Shown here piece by piece: positions 9,004-16,821 of a stretch of DNA of 40,456 nucleotides; the stretch's first letter is position 1, and the number at the start of each line of letters is the position of its first letter. The DNA lies in IMG/VR virus record IMGVR_UViG_3300035003_000002, positions 1 to 40,456 of that record; one strand, given 5' to 3'. This stretch comes from a virus (Duplodnaviria; Caudoviricetes). The notes beneath the pieces are model-generated. The model did no database searches. It worked only from the letters and a program-made list of their open reading frames with translations, and had not been told where the DNA came from. Made by a program: the position numbers and the translations under genes.

Positions 9004-9362
9004 TGGGCACCAGCCTGCGCACCGCCACCACCGGGGTGCTGCTGCGCTTCCTGCGCCGCCGCGCCGAGGCCGGGCAGCCCACGACGATGGACGATCTGCG
9101 CGGCGAGATCGGCGGCGTCTTCACCACGGCCCACCACGCCGTGCGCGCGGCCGAGCTGGCCGGTGCGCTGGTGGTGCAGCGCAACCGCAACGGCATCATC
9201 CGCGGCTTCCAGGATCCTGCCGGCGCCTGGCAGGTGCCCATTGCCCAGCCAGCACCGACACCGAAGCGCGCCTGCCTGCGCTGCCGCGTCAGCTTCCCCC
9301 CGCGCCACCGCCACAACTGGCTGTGCGACGCCTGCGGCAAGTACGCGGAGGCGAATGGCTGA
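9003..9362 (+). CDS. winged-HTH-like protein with C-terminal Cys4 zinc ribbon
   Basis: PTTMDDLRGEIG...HAVRAAELAGALVV, then CLRC...WLCDAC. Confidence 0.7.
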   Translation: MGTSLRTATTGVLLRFLRRRAEAGQPTTMDDLRGEIGGVFTTAHHAVRAAELAGALVVQRNRNGIIRGFQDPAGAWQVPIAQPAPTPKRACLRCRVSFPPRHRHNWLCDACGKYAEANG

Positions 9363-9364
9363 TG

Positions 9365-9712
9365 TCAGCGGCGGCGCGCGATCATCTCGTTCGGCACCAC
9401 GCCGCGGCAGCCAGACTGCCGGCCCGCCACCACCAGGATCGTGCTGGAGGCAAAGCCGCTATCCGTCACGACCATGTCCGTCCCGTTGTCGGCGACACAG
9501 GCGATCAGCGGCACCAGCAGCGTCGGCTGGCTGCGGTGCACGCCGGCGTTGATCAGGCGAAACCCTTCACTCAGCGCGCGGCTGTCGCGCCAGACCAGCA
9601 CGCTGTCGCCGGCAGGGTTCTGCAGGCGGTCAGGCTGGCGAGAGCCCTGCCCCGCGGCAGGACCGGCGGCCAGGGCCAGCAGCAGGACGAGGGCGGCGGT
9701 GGGGCGGCGCAT
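9365..9712 (-). CDS. antisense-oriented exported protein, 115 aa
   Basis: AAGGA SD; Sec signal MRRPTAALVLLLALAAGPAAG; two Cys; divergent from the activator gene. Confidence 0.75.
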   Translation of the reverse strand: MRRPTAALVLLLALAAGPAAGQGSRQPDRLQNPAGDSVLVWRDSRALSEGFRLINAGVHRSQPTLLVPLIACVADNGTDMVVTDSGFASSTILVVAGRQSGCRGVVPNEMIARRR

Positions 9713-9774
9713 GGCTGGATCCTTCGTTGCAGGCCCGATCACAGCCCAGCCCGCCCGGCCGGCGCAACCCCCTG

Positions 9775-10146
9775 ATGAACGCCCCGCCGCCCCCCGCCGA
9801 GCTGGAGCCGATCGCCAGCCGCATCGGCGCCGCCGCCACGCTGGCGCTGATCGAGGCGCATGGCGGCTGCCGCGTCTTCGTCGCGCGCCAGCCCAACCAG
9901 GGCAGCGAGCTGGCGCGCGACATCGGCCTGCCGGCGGCGCGCGCGCTGGCCGAGCGATGGGGCGGGGAGTGGCTGATCGTCCCGCTGGCGCGCGCCTGGC
10001 GCGTGCGGCTGTACCGCCTGCGCGGCGACACGCACCGCGAGATTGCGCGGCGCCTCGGCATCACCGAGAAGCAGGTGCAGAAGCTGCTGCACAATGCCGG
10101 CCTCACGCGCCCGCCGCAGCGCGACCTGTTCGACGCCTCAGCGTGA
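9775..10146 (+). CDS. Mor/C-family late transcription activator
   Basis: IGAAATLALIEAHGGCRVFV, RWGGEWLIVP, C-terminal HTH THREIARRLGITEKQVQKLL; last early gene before lysis. Confidence 0.85.
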   Translation: MNAPPPPAELEPIASRIGAAATLALIEAHGGCRVFVARQPNQGSELARDIGLPAARALAERWGGEWLIVPLARAWRVRLYRLRGDTHREIARRLGITEKQVQKLLHNAGLTRPPQRDLFDASA

Positions 10147-10169
10147 TCTGAGGCCCTTCTGAAAGGCGC

Positions 10170-10225
10170 ACGCCCGCAACCGCGGGCATGACCAGCGCCT
10201 ACGCGCCCGCGCGATGGTGGGCGCC
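10170..10225 (+). promoter_or_regulatory. putative late promoter 1 (Plys-like)
   Basis: ACGCCCGC-AACC-GCGGGCATGA...CGCGCGATGGT-7 nt-ATG(10226); same motif at 18594 and 29896. Confidence 0.75.
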
Positions 10226-10864
10226 ATGCCGCACCCCCCGACGCCCTTGCCCGAGCCCACGCCGGCCCTGCTGAAGCGCCTGGGCGTGGCCGAGCCCGAC
10301 ATGTGGGCGCGGGTGCTAGCCGGACCCTGCGCGGCGCGCGAGATCAGCACCCCGCGCCGCCTGGCCGGCTTCCTGGCGAACATCGTGCACGAGACGGCCG
10401 GGATGGTGCGGCTGACCGAGAGCATGAACTACAGCGCACGCCGCCTGATGCAGGTGTGGCCGAGGCGCTTCCCCACGCTCGCCAGCACCAAGCCCTTCGC
10501 CGGGCAGCCGGAGGCGCTGGCGAACCACGTCTATGGCAGCCGGATGGGCAACATCTATCCGGGCGATGGCTGGCGCTACATCGGCCGCGGGCCGCTGCAG
10601 GTGACGGGCCGCGACAACTATGCGCGCCTCGCGCTGGTCACAGGCCTGCCGCTGCTGGAGCAGCCCGAGCTGCTCCAGCAGCCATCCACCGGCGCGCGGG
10701 CCGCCGCGCATTGGTGGCACTGGGCCGGCTGCAATCAGATCGCCGACACCGGCGATATCGCCGCCGTGCGGCGCCGCGTGAATGGCGGCGCGATCGGCCT
10801 GGCGGATGTGGAGCGGCTGTATGGCCGCGCGCTGAAAATCCTCGACCCGAAGGACACCCCATGA
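10226..10864 (+). CDS. glycoside hydrolase family 19 endolysin
   Basis: AGFLANIVHETAG, ESMNYS, GDGWRYIGRGPLQVTGRDNY, VRRRVNGG. Confidence 0.92.
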   Translation: MPHPPTPLPEPTPALLKRLGVAEPDMWARVLAGPCAAREISTPRRLAGFLANIVHETAGMVRLTESMNYSARRLMQVWPRRFPTLASTKPFAGQPEALANHVYGSRMGNIYPGDGWRYIGRGPLQVTGRDNYARLALVTGLPLLEQPELLQQPSTGARAAAHWWHWAGCNQIADTGDIAAVRRRVNGGAIGLADVERLYGRALKILDPKDTP

Positions 10865-11205
10865 CAGCCATCCTTGAAGCCGTGATCGGCGTGGCGGTGC
10901 TCGCCATCACCACGCTCGGCGGCCTGGCCATCACCGCGCTGCGCGACTGGCTGAAGCTGCGCGCCGATGCCGAGGTGCGCGCCTATCTCGGCGCCGGCCT
11001 CGCCACCGCGGTGGAATTCGGCAAGGCGCAGGTCGAGCACTTGCGCCTCAGCGCGGCGCCGACCTCGCCGCACACGGTGGCGGAGGCCGCGCGCGACTAC
11101 GTGCAGGATCGCTTCCCCGACGCGCTGAAGCGCTTCGGCATCGACACGCCGGCGCTGGACGAGATGATCCGCGCCCGCCTGCCCCGCAAGCCGGTGGTCC
11201 ACTGA
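10861..11205 (+). CDS. putative holin
   Basis: N-terminal TM helix directly after the endolysin; AAGGA SD. Confidence 0.65.
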   Translation: MTAILEAVIGVAVLAITTLGGLAITALRDWLKLRADAEVRAYLGAGLATAVEFGKAQVEHLRLSAAPTSPHTVAEAARDYVQDRFPDALKRFGIDTPALDEMIRARLPRKPVVH

Positions 11206-11206
11206 C

Positions 11207-11389
11207 ATGCCCGACGACAGCGACTGGGCCGCCGACATGGCGGAGCGTGAGCGCCAGGCGCTGATCAAGCGCGCCCGCGCCGGCCTGCCGCCCCCTTCCG
11301 CCCCGCATCGCGGCCCCGTCTTCGGCGCCCGCGCCGACGCCCCGGCGCCGGACCGCCTGGCCCGCGTGCTGGACAAGCGGGAGGAGTGA
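11207..11389 (+). CDS. TraR/DksA-like N-terminal peptide without zinc finger, 60 aa
   Basis: MPDDSDWAADMAERERQALI carries DxxDxA; no cysteines. Confidence 0.55.
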   Translation: MPDDSDWAADMAERERQALIKRARAGLPPPSAPHRGPVFGARADAPAPDRLARVLDKREE

Positions 11390-11391
11390 CC

Positions 11392-11730
11392 ATGGGCGAA
11401 TACAGCTGGCGCGACTTCATCGCCGCGCTGACGGCGGCGAGCCTGGTCGCAGGCATGTTCCTGGCCTGGATCAGGTGGCAGCTGAGCAGCGACTTCGCCC
11501 GCAAGGCCGATATCGAGACGCTGGGCGGGCGCATCGGCAAGATCGAGACGCAGATGCAGGGCGCGCCCACCCACGCCGACATGCGCCAGCTGAGCGACCG
11601 CATCGCCGCCGTCGAGAAAGGCGTCGAGGTCGCTGGTGCGCAGATCCAGGGGGTGCGCGAGGGCGTGGCCCGCGTCGATGTCGGCGTGCAGATGCTGATC
11701 CAGCACCACATGGGGACCGCCGACAAATGA
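11392..11730 (+). CDS. DUF2730 / Mu gp25-like membrane-anchored coiled-coil protein
   Basis: N-terminal TM, FARKADIE..RIGKIETQMQGAPTHADM; GAGGAG SD; synteny. Confidence 0.75.
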   Translation: MGEYSWRDFIAALTAASLVAGMFLAWIRWQLSSDFARKADIETLGGRIGKIETQMQGAPTHADMRQLSDRIAAVEKGVEVAGAQIQGVREGVARVDVGVQMLIQHHMGTADK

Positions 11731-12035
11731 CCTTCGCCGAACGCTTGGCGCAGGACCGCCGCGCCCTGGTGCTGCGCACGCTGACCGCCGTCGAGGGGCA
11801 CGCGCTGAACGAGGACATCCTGGTGCGGGAGCTGTTGCGCATGCGCGCCGGCGTCACGACGCAGGACGACATGCGCGCCATCCTGGTCTGGCTGGAACGC
11901 CAGGCGCTGGTCACCATCGAGCGTCTGCCCGGCGAGGCGCCCGCGCAGGGCGAGATGTGGACCGCCACGGCCACCCGCGCGGGCCGCGACGTGGCGCGCG
12001 GCGCCGCCTGGCCCGGCGTCTCGGCGCCCCTGTGA
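11727..12035 (+). CDS. Mu gp26-like protein
   Basis: QDRRALVLRTL...LVWLERQALV...ATRAGRDVARG..WPGV; precedes gp27. Confidence 0.8.
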   Translation: MTFAERLAQDRRALVLRTLTAVEGHALNEDILVRELLRMRAGVTTQDDMRAILVWLERQALVTIERLPGEAPAQGEMWTATATRAGRDVARGAAWPGVSAPL

Positions 12036-12048
12036 CAGGCGCATAGCC

Positions 12049-12609
12049 ATGCCGCGCGCCAGCACCATCGACAAGCTGCCGCCCGAGATCCGCGAGGCCA
12101 TCGGCCGGCTGCGCGAGCACGGCAAGACCATCGACGAGATCCTCGATCACCTCCGCACGATGGAGATCGATGTCAGCCGCAGCGCGCTGGGCCGGCACGT
12201 CCAGGGCATGGCCGCGATGGGCGAGCGCCTGCGGCGTTCCCGCGCCATGGCCGAGGGCCTGGCCCGCCAGCTGGGCGAGACGCCCGGCGACAAGATGGCG
12301 CGGGTGAACATCGAGCTGCTGCATTCGTTCCTGAATGACATGCTGGCCGCGGCCGATGAGGAAGGCAGCGAAGCCCAGCTCGCGCTGCGCGACCCCAAGG
12401 CCGCCGCCGCGGCCGCCGCCGCGATCGAGCGCCTGACCAAGGCGAGCCGGCACAATCTTGAGTTCGTGGGGAAGATCGAGGAGCGGGCCCGCGACGCCGC
12501 GCGCAAGGGCGCTGCCGACGCGGTGGACAATGTCGGCCGCGCCAAGGGCCTCAGCGCCGACACGCTGGCCGCCATCAAGGCGGAGATCTTCGGCGTGAAG
12601 CCGGCATGA
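12049..12609 (+). CDS. Mu gp27-like (DUF3486) putative small terminase
   Basis: STIDKLPPEIR...VSRSALGRH...GLSADTLAAIKAEIFG. Confidence 0.88.
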   Translation: MPRASTIDKLPPEIREAIGRLREHGKTIDEILDHLRTMEIDVSRSALGRHVQGMAAMGERLRRSRAMAEGLARQLGETPGDKMARVNIELLHSFLNDMLAAADEEGSEAQLALRDPKAAAAAAAAIERLTKASRHNLEFVGKIEERARDAARKGAADAVDNVGRAKGLSADTLAAIKAEIFGVKPA

Positions 12610-14153
12610 ACGCCATCCCGGGCCGCCTGCTGCCGGACGTGTTCCTGCCGTACCAGCAGCAGCTGATGGCCAGCGTCTCGCACCACGCGGTGACGGTGGT
12701 CGAGAAGTCCCGCCGCACCGGCTATTCCTGGGCGGCCGGCGCCATCGCGGTGCTGACCGCCGCGGCCCTGCCCGCGGCCGGCGGCAGCGACGTGCTCTAC
12801 ATGGGCTACAACCTGGAGATGGCGCGGGAGTTCATCGACTACGTCGCCGAATGGGCGCGCCAGATTTCGCCCGCCGCCGTCGAGGTGCGCGAGCACATCT
12901 TCACCGACCCCGACCGGCCCGACCAGCAGATCAAGGCGTTTCGGGTGGAGTTCGCCTCCGGCCACAAGGTGCTGGCGCTGCCTTCCGTGCCGCGCGCGCT
13001 GCGCGGCATGCAGGGCCTGGTGATCATCGACGAAGCGGCATTCCATGACGAGCTGGACGCGCTGCTGAAGGCCGCCTTCGCGCTGCTGATCTGGGGCGGC
13101 AAGGTGCTGATCATCAGCACCCACAACGGCGACACCAACCCCTTCAACGTGCTGGTGCAGGACATCCGCGCCGGGCGAAAGCCCTACCACCTGCTGCGCT
13201 GCACCTTCGATGACGCGCTGGCCGATGGGCTGTACCGGCGCATCCAGATGAAGGCGGGCAAGCCCTGGTCGCCCGAGGCCGAGGCCGCCTGGCGCGCCGA
13301 GATCATCGGCTTCTATGGCAATGCGGCGGATGAGGAGCTGCACGTCATCCCCTCGCCCAGCAGCGGCAGCGCCATCCCGGCCCCGCTGATCGAGGCACGC
13401 ATGCACGATGGCATCCCGGTGCTGGAGCTGGTCTGCAAGCCGGACTTCGTCCATTGGGCCGACCATCTGCGCCAGGCGGAGATCCGCGACTGGTGCGAGG
13501 CGCAGCTGGCGCCGGTGCTGGCGCGCCTCGATCCCAGCCTCGCGCACGCCTTCGGCTTCGATTTCGGCCGCAGCGGCGACCTGTCGGTGATCTGGCCCAT
13601 GGCCATCGGGCGCGACCTGGTGCGGCGCACGCCGCTGCTGGTGGAGATGCGCGGCGTGCCCTTCCAGCAGCAGGAACAGGTGCTGTTCTTCCTGGTGGAC
13701 CGGCTGCCGCGCTTCCGCGCCGGCAAGCTGGATGCCCGCGGCAACGGCCAATACCTGGCCGAGCGCGCGGTGCAGCGCTACGGCGCCGCGCGGATCGAGG
13801 CCGTGATGCTCAGCGAAGGCTGGTATCGCGAGCACATGCCGCCCTTCAAGGCGGCCTTCGAGGACGCGACCATCACCGTGCCGCGCAACGCCGGCGTGCT
13901 GGCCGACCTGCGCAGCCTGGCCTGGGTGCGCGGCGTGATCCGCGTGCCGGAGACGCGCGCCACCACCGAGGCCGGGCAGCGCCATGGCGACGCCGCGGTG
14001 GCGGGCGCGCTGGGCTACGCCGCCAGCCGCGCGGAGCCCGAGGAATATGGCTACCGCTCGGCCGCCCCGGCGGCGGGCCGGCGCGGCATGCAGGCACCGA
14101 CAGTCTGGCCGGAGGACCGGCGCATGGCCGGCGAATTGCGGGGGAGCATCTGA
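12606..14153 (+). CDS. terminase large subunit (Mu gp28-like)
   Basis: FLPYQ, EKSRRTGYSW, LRGMQGLVIIDEAAFH, IISTHNG, GFDFGRSGDL, HGDAAVA. Confidence 0.95.
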   Translation: MNAIPGRLLPDVFLPYQQQLMASVSHHAVTVVEKSRRTGYSWAAGAIAVLTAAALPAAGGSDVLYMGYNLEMAREFIDYVAEWARQISPAAVEVREHIFTDPDRPDQQIKAFRVEFASGHKVLALPSVPRALRGMQGLVIIDEAAFHDELDALLKAAFALLIWGGKVLIISTHNGDTNPFNVLVQDIRAGRKPYHLLRCTFDDALADGLYRRIQMKAGKPWSPEAEAAWRAEIIGFYGNAADEELHVIPSPSSGSAIPAPLIEARMHDGIPVLELVCKPDFVHWADHLRQAEIRDWCEAQLAPVLARLDPSLAHAFGFDFGRSGDLSVIWPMAIGRDLVRRTPLLVEMRGVPFQQQEQVLFFLVDRLPRFRAGKLDARGNGQYLAERAVQRYGAARIEAVMLSEGWYREHMPPFKAAFEDATITVPRNAGVLADLRSLAWVRGVIRVPETRATTEAGQRHGDAAVAGALGYAASRAEPEEYGYRSAAPAAGRRGMQAPTVWPEDRRMAGELRGSI

Positions 14154-14154
14154 G

Positions 14155-14409
14155 ATGGACGCAGACAGCCCGGACCAGGCCGAGCAGGACGAAGCGCTCG
14201 GCACGCCCACCGAGGTCGCGATCGCCACCTATGCCGTCACCACGCCCTCGCGCGAGGTGATCGTCGAGGACGTGGCCGACATCTCGGTGAATGAGCGCGG
14301 CGAGCTGTATCTGCACGATGCCGAGGCCGGCCTGCTGGCCGTGTTCGCCCAGGGCCAATGGCTGCGCATCGTGGCGATGAGTGTCGAGACCGATCAGGGG
14401 GAGGCGTGA
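14155..14409 (+). CDS. acidic hypothetical protein, 84 aa
   Basis: GGAG SD; starts 1 nt after the terminase stop. Confidence 0.7.
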   Translation: MDADSPDQAEQDEALGTPTEVAIATYAVTTPSREVIVEDVADISVNERGELYLHDAEAGLLAVFAQGQWLRIVAMSVETDQGEA

Positions 14410-14410
14410 G

Positions 14411-14635
14411 ATGGAAAACCAGCACCGCAAGATCAGCGGCTATCGCGAGCTGACGGCCGAGGAAATCGCCGCCATGAACGCGCTGAAGAAGGCCGGCGCC
14501 GAGCTGGGCGACGTGCTGACCGCCGTGTCGCAGATCGCCGGCGTGGATCAGCGCTGCGTCGCCATCGCGCGCACCGAATTGCAGACCGGCCTGATGTGGG
14601 CCGTGCGCGCCGTGGCGCGGCCCGAGGGGTTCTGA
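14411..14635 (+). CDS. acb2: Acb2-family anti-CBASS cyclic-oligonucleotide sponge
   Basis: MENQHRKISGYRELTAEEIAAMNALK...QRCVAIARTELQTGLMWAVRAVARPEGF matches the Acb2/T4 Vs.4 pattern as recalled (NQHxKIxGYRxL, AIxxTxxQTGxMxxxRAxAxP); GGAGG SD. Confidence 0.9.
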   Translation: MENQHRKISGYRELTAEEIAAMNALKKAGAELGDVLTAVSQIAGVDQRCVAIARTELQTGLMWAVRAVARPEGF

Positions 14636-14961
14636 TGCGCCACCTGGTCGCCTCCGGCCTGCTGGTGCTGGCGGCCGCCCAAGCCGCGGCGCAGCCCGCC
14701 GCGCAGCCGCCGGCGCCGCTGTTCGCGCCAGCGCCGATCACCGGGCTGTGCGGCGCGCTGGCCGATCACGAACGCCTGCTGGCGCGCGAGGGGTTCGAGC
14801 CCGCCTGGCGCGGCACCGGCGGGCCCGGCCCGGCGGCGCAGCTGCACATCAGCGGGGATGGCTACTGGATGCTGCTGCTGATCCCGGAGGGCGCGCCGGA
14901 CCGCGCCTGCGTCGTGGCCGATGGGCCGAGGTTCGAATATGACGCCGGCCGTGCTGACTGA
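14635..14961 (+). CDS. exported protein with two Cys, 108 aa
   Basis: Signal peptide MRHLVASGLLVLAAAQAAA; TGATG coupling to acb2. Confidence 0.7.
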   Translation: MRHLVASGLLVLAAAQAAAQPAAQPPAPLFAPAPITGLCGALADHERLLAREGFEPAWRGTGGPGPAAQLHISGDGYWMLLLIPEGAPDRACVVADGPRFEYDAGRAD

Positions 14962-15217
14962 GGACGACATCGCCCTGCTGGGCCGCCGCATGGCGGCACT
15001 CCAGGCACCCGACCTGGTGCTGGGCGACTGGGGCGATCGCTTCGTCGGCGATGTCTGCTGGCGCAAGCCCGGCGAACTCAGCGTGCGCCAGGCGATGTGG
15101 GTGGCGGTGCTGGTGTGGCAGCAGCGGGCGCATATGCCGGCCGAGCTGGTGCCGGCGCAGGAACCGCCCCGGCCGAAGCCGCGCGAGGGCAGCGTCTATG
15201 CAAGGGGCAACCGATGA
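14939..15217 (+). CDS. hypothetical protein (start may be GTG 14951)
   Basis: Fills the gap to the portal gene with ATGA coupling at 15214. Confidence 0.65.
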   Translation: MTPAVLTEDDIALLGRRMAALQAPDLVLGDWGDRFVGDVCWRKPGELSVRQAMWVAVLVWQQRAHMPAELVPAQEPPRPKPREGSVYARGNR

Positions 15218-16818
15218 GCGGCAGCATCCTCGACCAGTTCGGCAAGCCCATCACGATGCAGGCCGTGCGCAAGCTGCGCGAGGAGATCGCCCGGCCGACC
15301 CTGGCCGGCGTGAGGCCCATCATCTCCGGCCACCCGGCCGATGGGCTGACGCCCACGCGCCTGGCCGCCATCCACCGCGCCGCGGCGCAGGGCGATGGCC
15401 TGGCCTACCTCGAACTGGCCGAGGACATCGAGGAGCGCGACCTGCACTACGCCGCCGTGCTCGGCACCCGCAAGCGCCAGGTGGCGCAGCTGCCCATCAC
15501 CGTGGAAGCCGCCAGCGACGATGCCGAGCATGTGCGCCACGCCGATTTCCTGCGCGCCTGGATCAACACCGGCGCGCTGGAGGACGGGCTGTTCGACATG
15601 CTCGACGCGGTGGGCAAGGGCTTCTCGGTACTCGAGATCATGTGGCGCACAGAGCCGGGCATGATCGTGCCCGAGGCGCTGGTCTATCGCCCGCAGCGCT
15701 GGTTCGATGTGGCGCGCGAGGATGGCGAGACCATCCTGCTGCGCCTTGGCGCGATGCCGGAGCCCCTGGCGCCGCACAAATTCGTGGTGCACCGCCACAA
15801 GCAGAAATCCGGCCTCGTGCTGCGCAGCGGCCTGGCGCGGCTGGCCAGCTGGGCGTGGATGTATAAGGCCTTCACCCTGCGCGACTGGGCGGTCTTCGTG
15901 CAGAACTATGGCGCGCCGCTGCGGGTGGGGCGCTACGGCCCCGAGAGCAGCGAGGCCGACCGCGACGTGCTATGGCGCGCAGTGGCGAACATCGCTGGCG
16001 ACTGCGCGGCGATCATCCCCAAGGGGATGGAGATCGAATTCGTCGAGGCCGCCGACAAGAAGGACGGCAGCGAGCTATACCTGTCCCGCGCCAATTGGCT
16101 GGATCAGCAGGTCAGCAAGGCGGTGCTGGGCCAGACCACCAGCACGGATGCGATCAGCGGCGGCCATGCCGTGTCGCGCGAGCACCGCCTGGTGCAGGAG
16201 GACATCGAGCGATCGGACGCGCGGATGCTCTCCACCACGATGACGCGGCAGCTGGCAGCGCCCATCATCGCCTTCAACTTCGGCCCGCAGGCGGCCTATC
16301 CGCAGATCCGCATCGGCCGACCGGACGAGGTGCCGCTGCCGCAGCTGGTCGAGGCCCTCGCCAAGCTCGGCCCGCTGGGTCTGGTGGTCGAGGCCGGCGA
16401 GCTGCGCGACCGCCTGGGGCTGTCGGAGCCCGCGGAGGATGCGGTGACCATCGGCGGCCGCGCGCCGCCGCCCGCCCCGCCGGCACCGCCCACGCCGCCG
16501 GCGATGCCGCCCGCGCCCAGCCTGCAAAGCATCCGCCGCCTGATCACCTCGCGCCACGCCACGGCGCCCGAGCCCGAGCTGATGGAGGCGCTGACCGATC
16601 GGCTGGGCGAGGATGCCGAGGGCGCGCTGGCCGGCATGGTGGACGCCGTGCGGGCGGAGTTCGACGCCGCGGTGGATCTGCAGGACCTGGCCGCGCGGCT
16701 GGCGCGGCTGTCGCTGGATCCCGAGCAGCTGGCGCTGGCCATCGGCCGCGGCATGGCGCTGGCCCACCTGGTGGGCGAGGCCGCGGTGCTGGACGAACTC
16801 GCCCCGCGGCAGGGCTGA
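15214..16818 (+). CDS. portal protein (Mu gp29, DUF935)
   Basis: ILDQFGKP, HPADGLTP, LAEDIEERDLHY, YGAPLRVGRY, SKAVLGQT. Confidence 0.95.
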   Translation: MSGSILDQFGKPITMQAVRKLREEIARPTLAGVRPIISGHPADGLTPTRLAAIHRAAAQGDGLAYLELAEDIEERDLHYAAVLGTRKRQVAQLPITVEAASDDAEHVRHADFLRAWINTGALEDGLFDMLDAVGKGFSVLEIMWRTEPGMIVPEALVYRPQRWFDVAREDGETILLRLGAMPEPLAPHKFVVHRHKQKSGLVLRSGLARLASWAWMYKAFTLRDWAVFVQNYGAPLRVGRYGPESSEADRDVLWRAVANIAGDCAAIIPKGMEIEFVEAADKKDGSELYLSRANWLDQQVSKAVLGQTTSTDAISGGHAVSREHRLVQEDIERSDARMLSTTMTRQLAAPIIAFNFGPQAAYPQIRIGRPDEVPLPQLVEALAKLGPLGLVVEAGELRDRLGLSEPAEDAVTIGGRAPPPAPPAPPTPPAMPPAPSLQSIRRLITSRHATAPEPELMEALTDRLGEDAEGALAGMVDAVRAEFDAAVDLQDLAARLARLSLDPEQLALAIGRGMALAHLVGEAAVLDELAPRQG

Positions 16819-16821
16819 ACC

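Noticed and set aside
16460-16520. Pro-rich stretch in the portal as a frameshift or insertion
   Set aside because: The frame stays open into a normal-looking gp29 C-terminal helical region; it is a linker.
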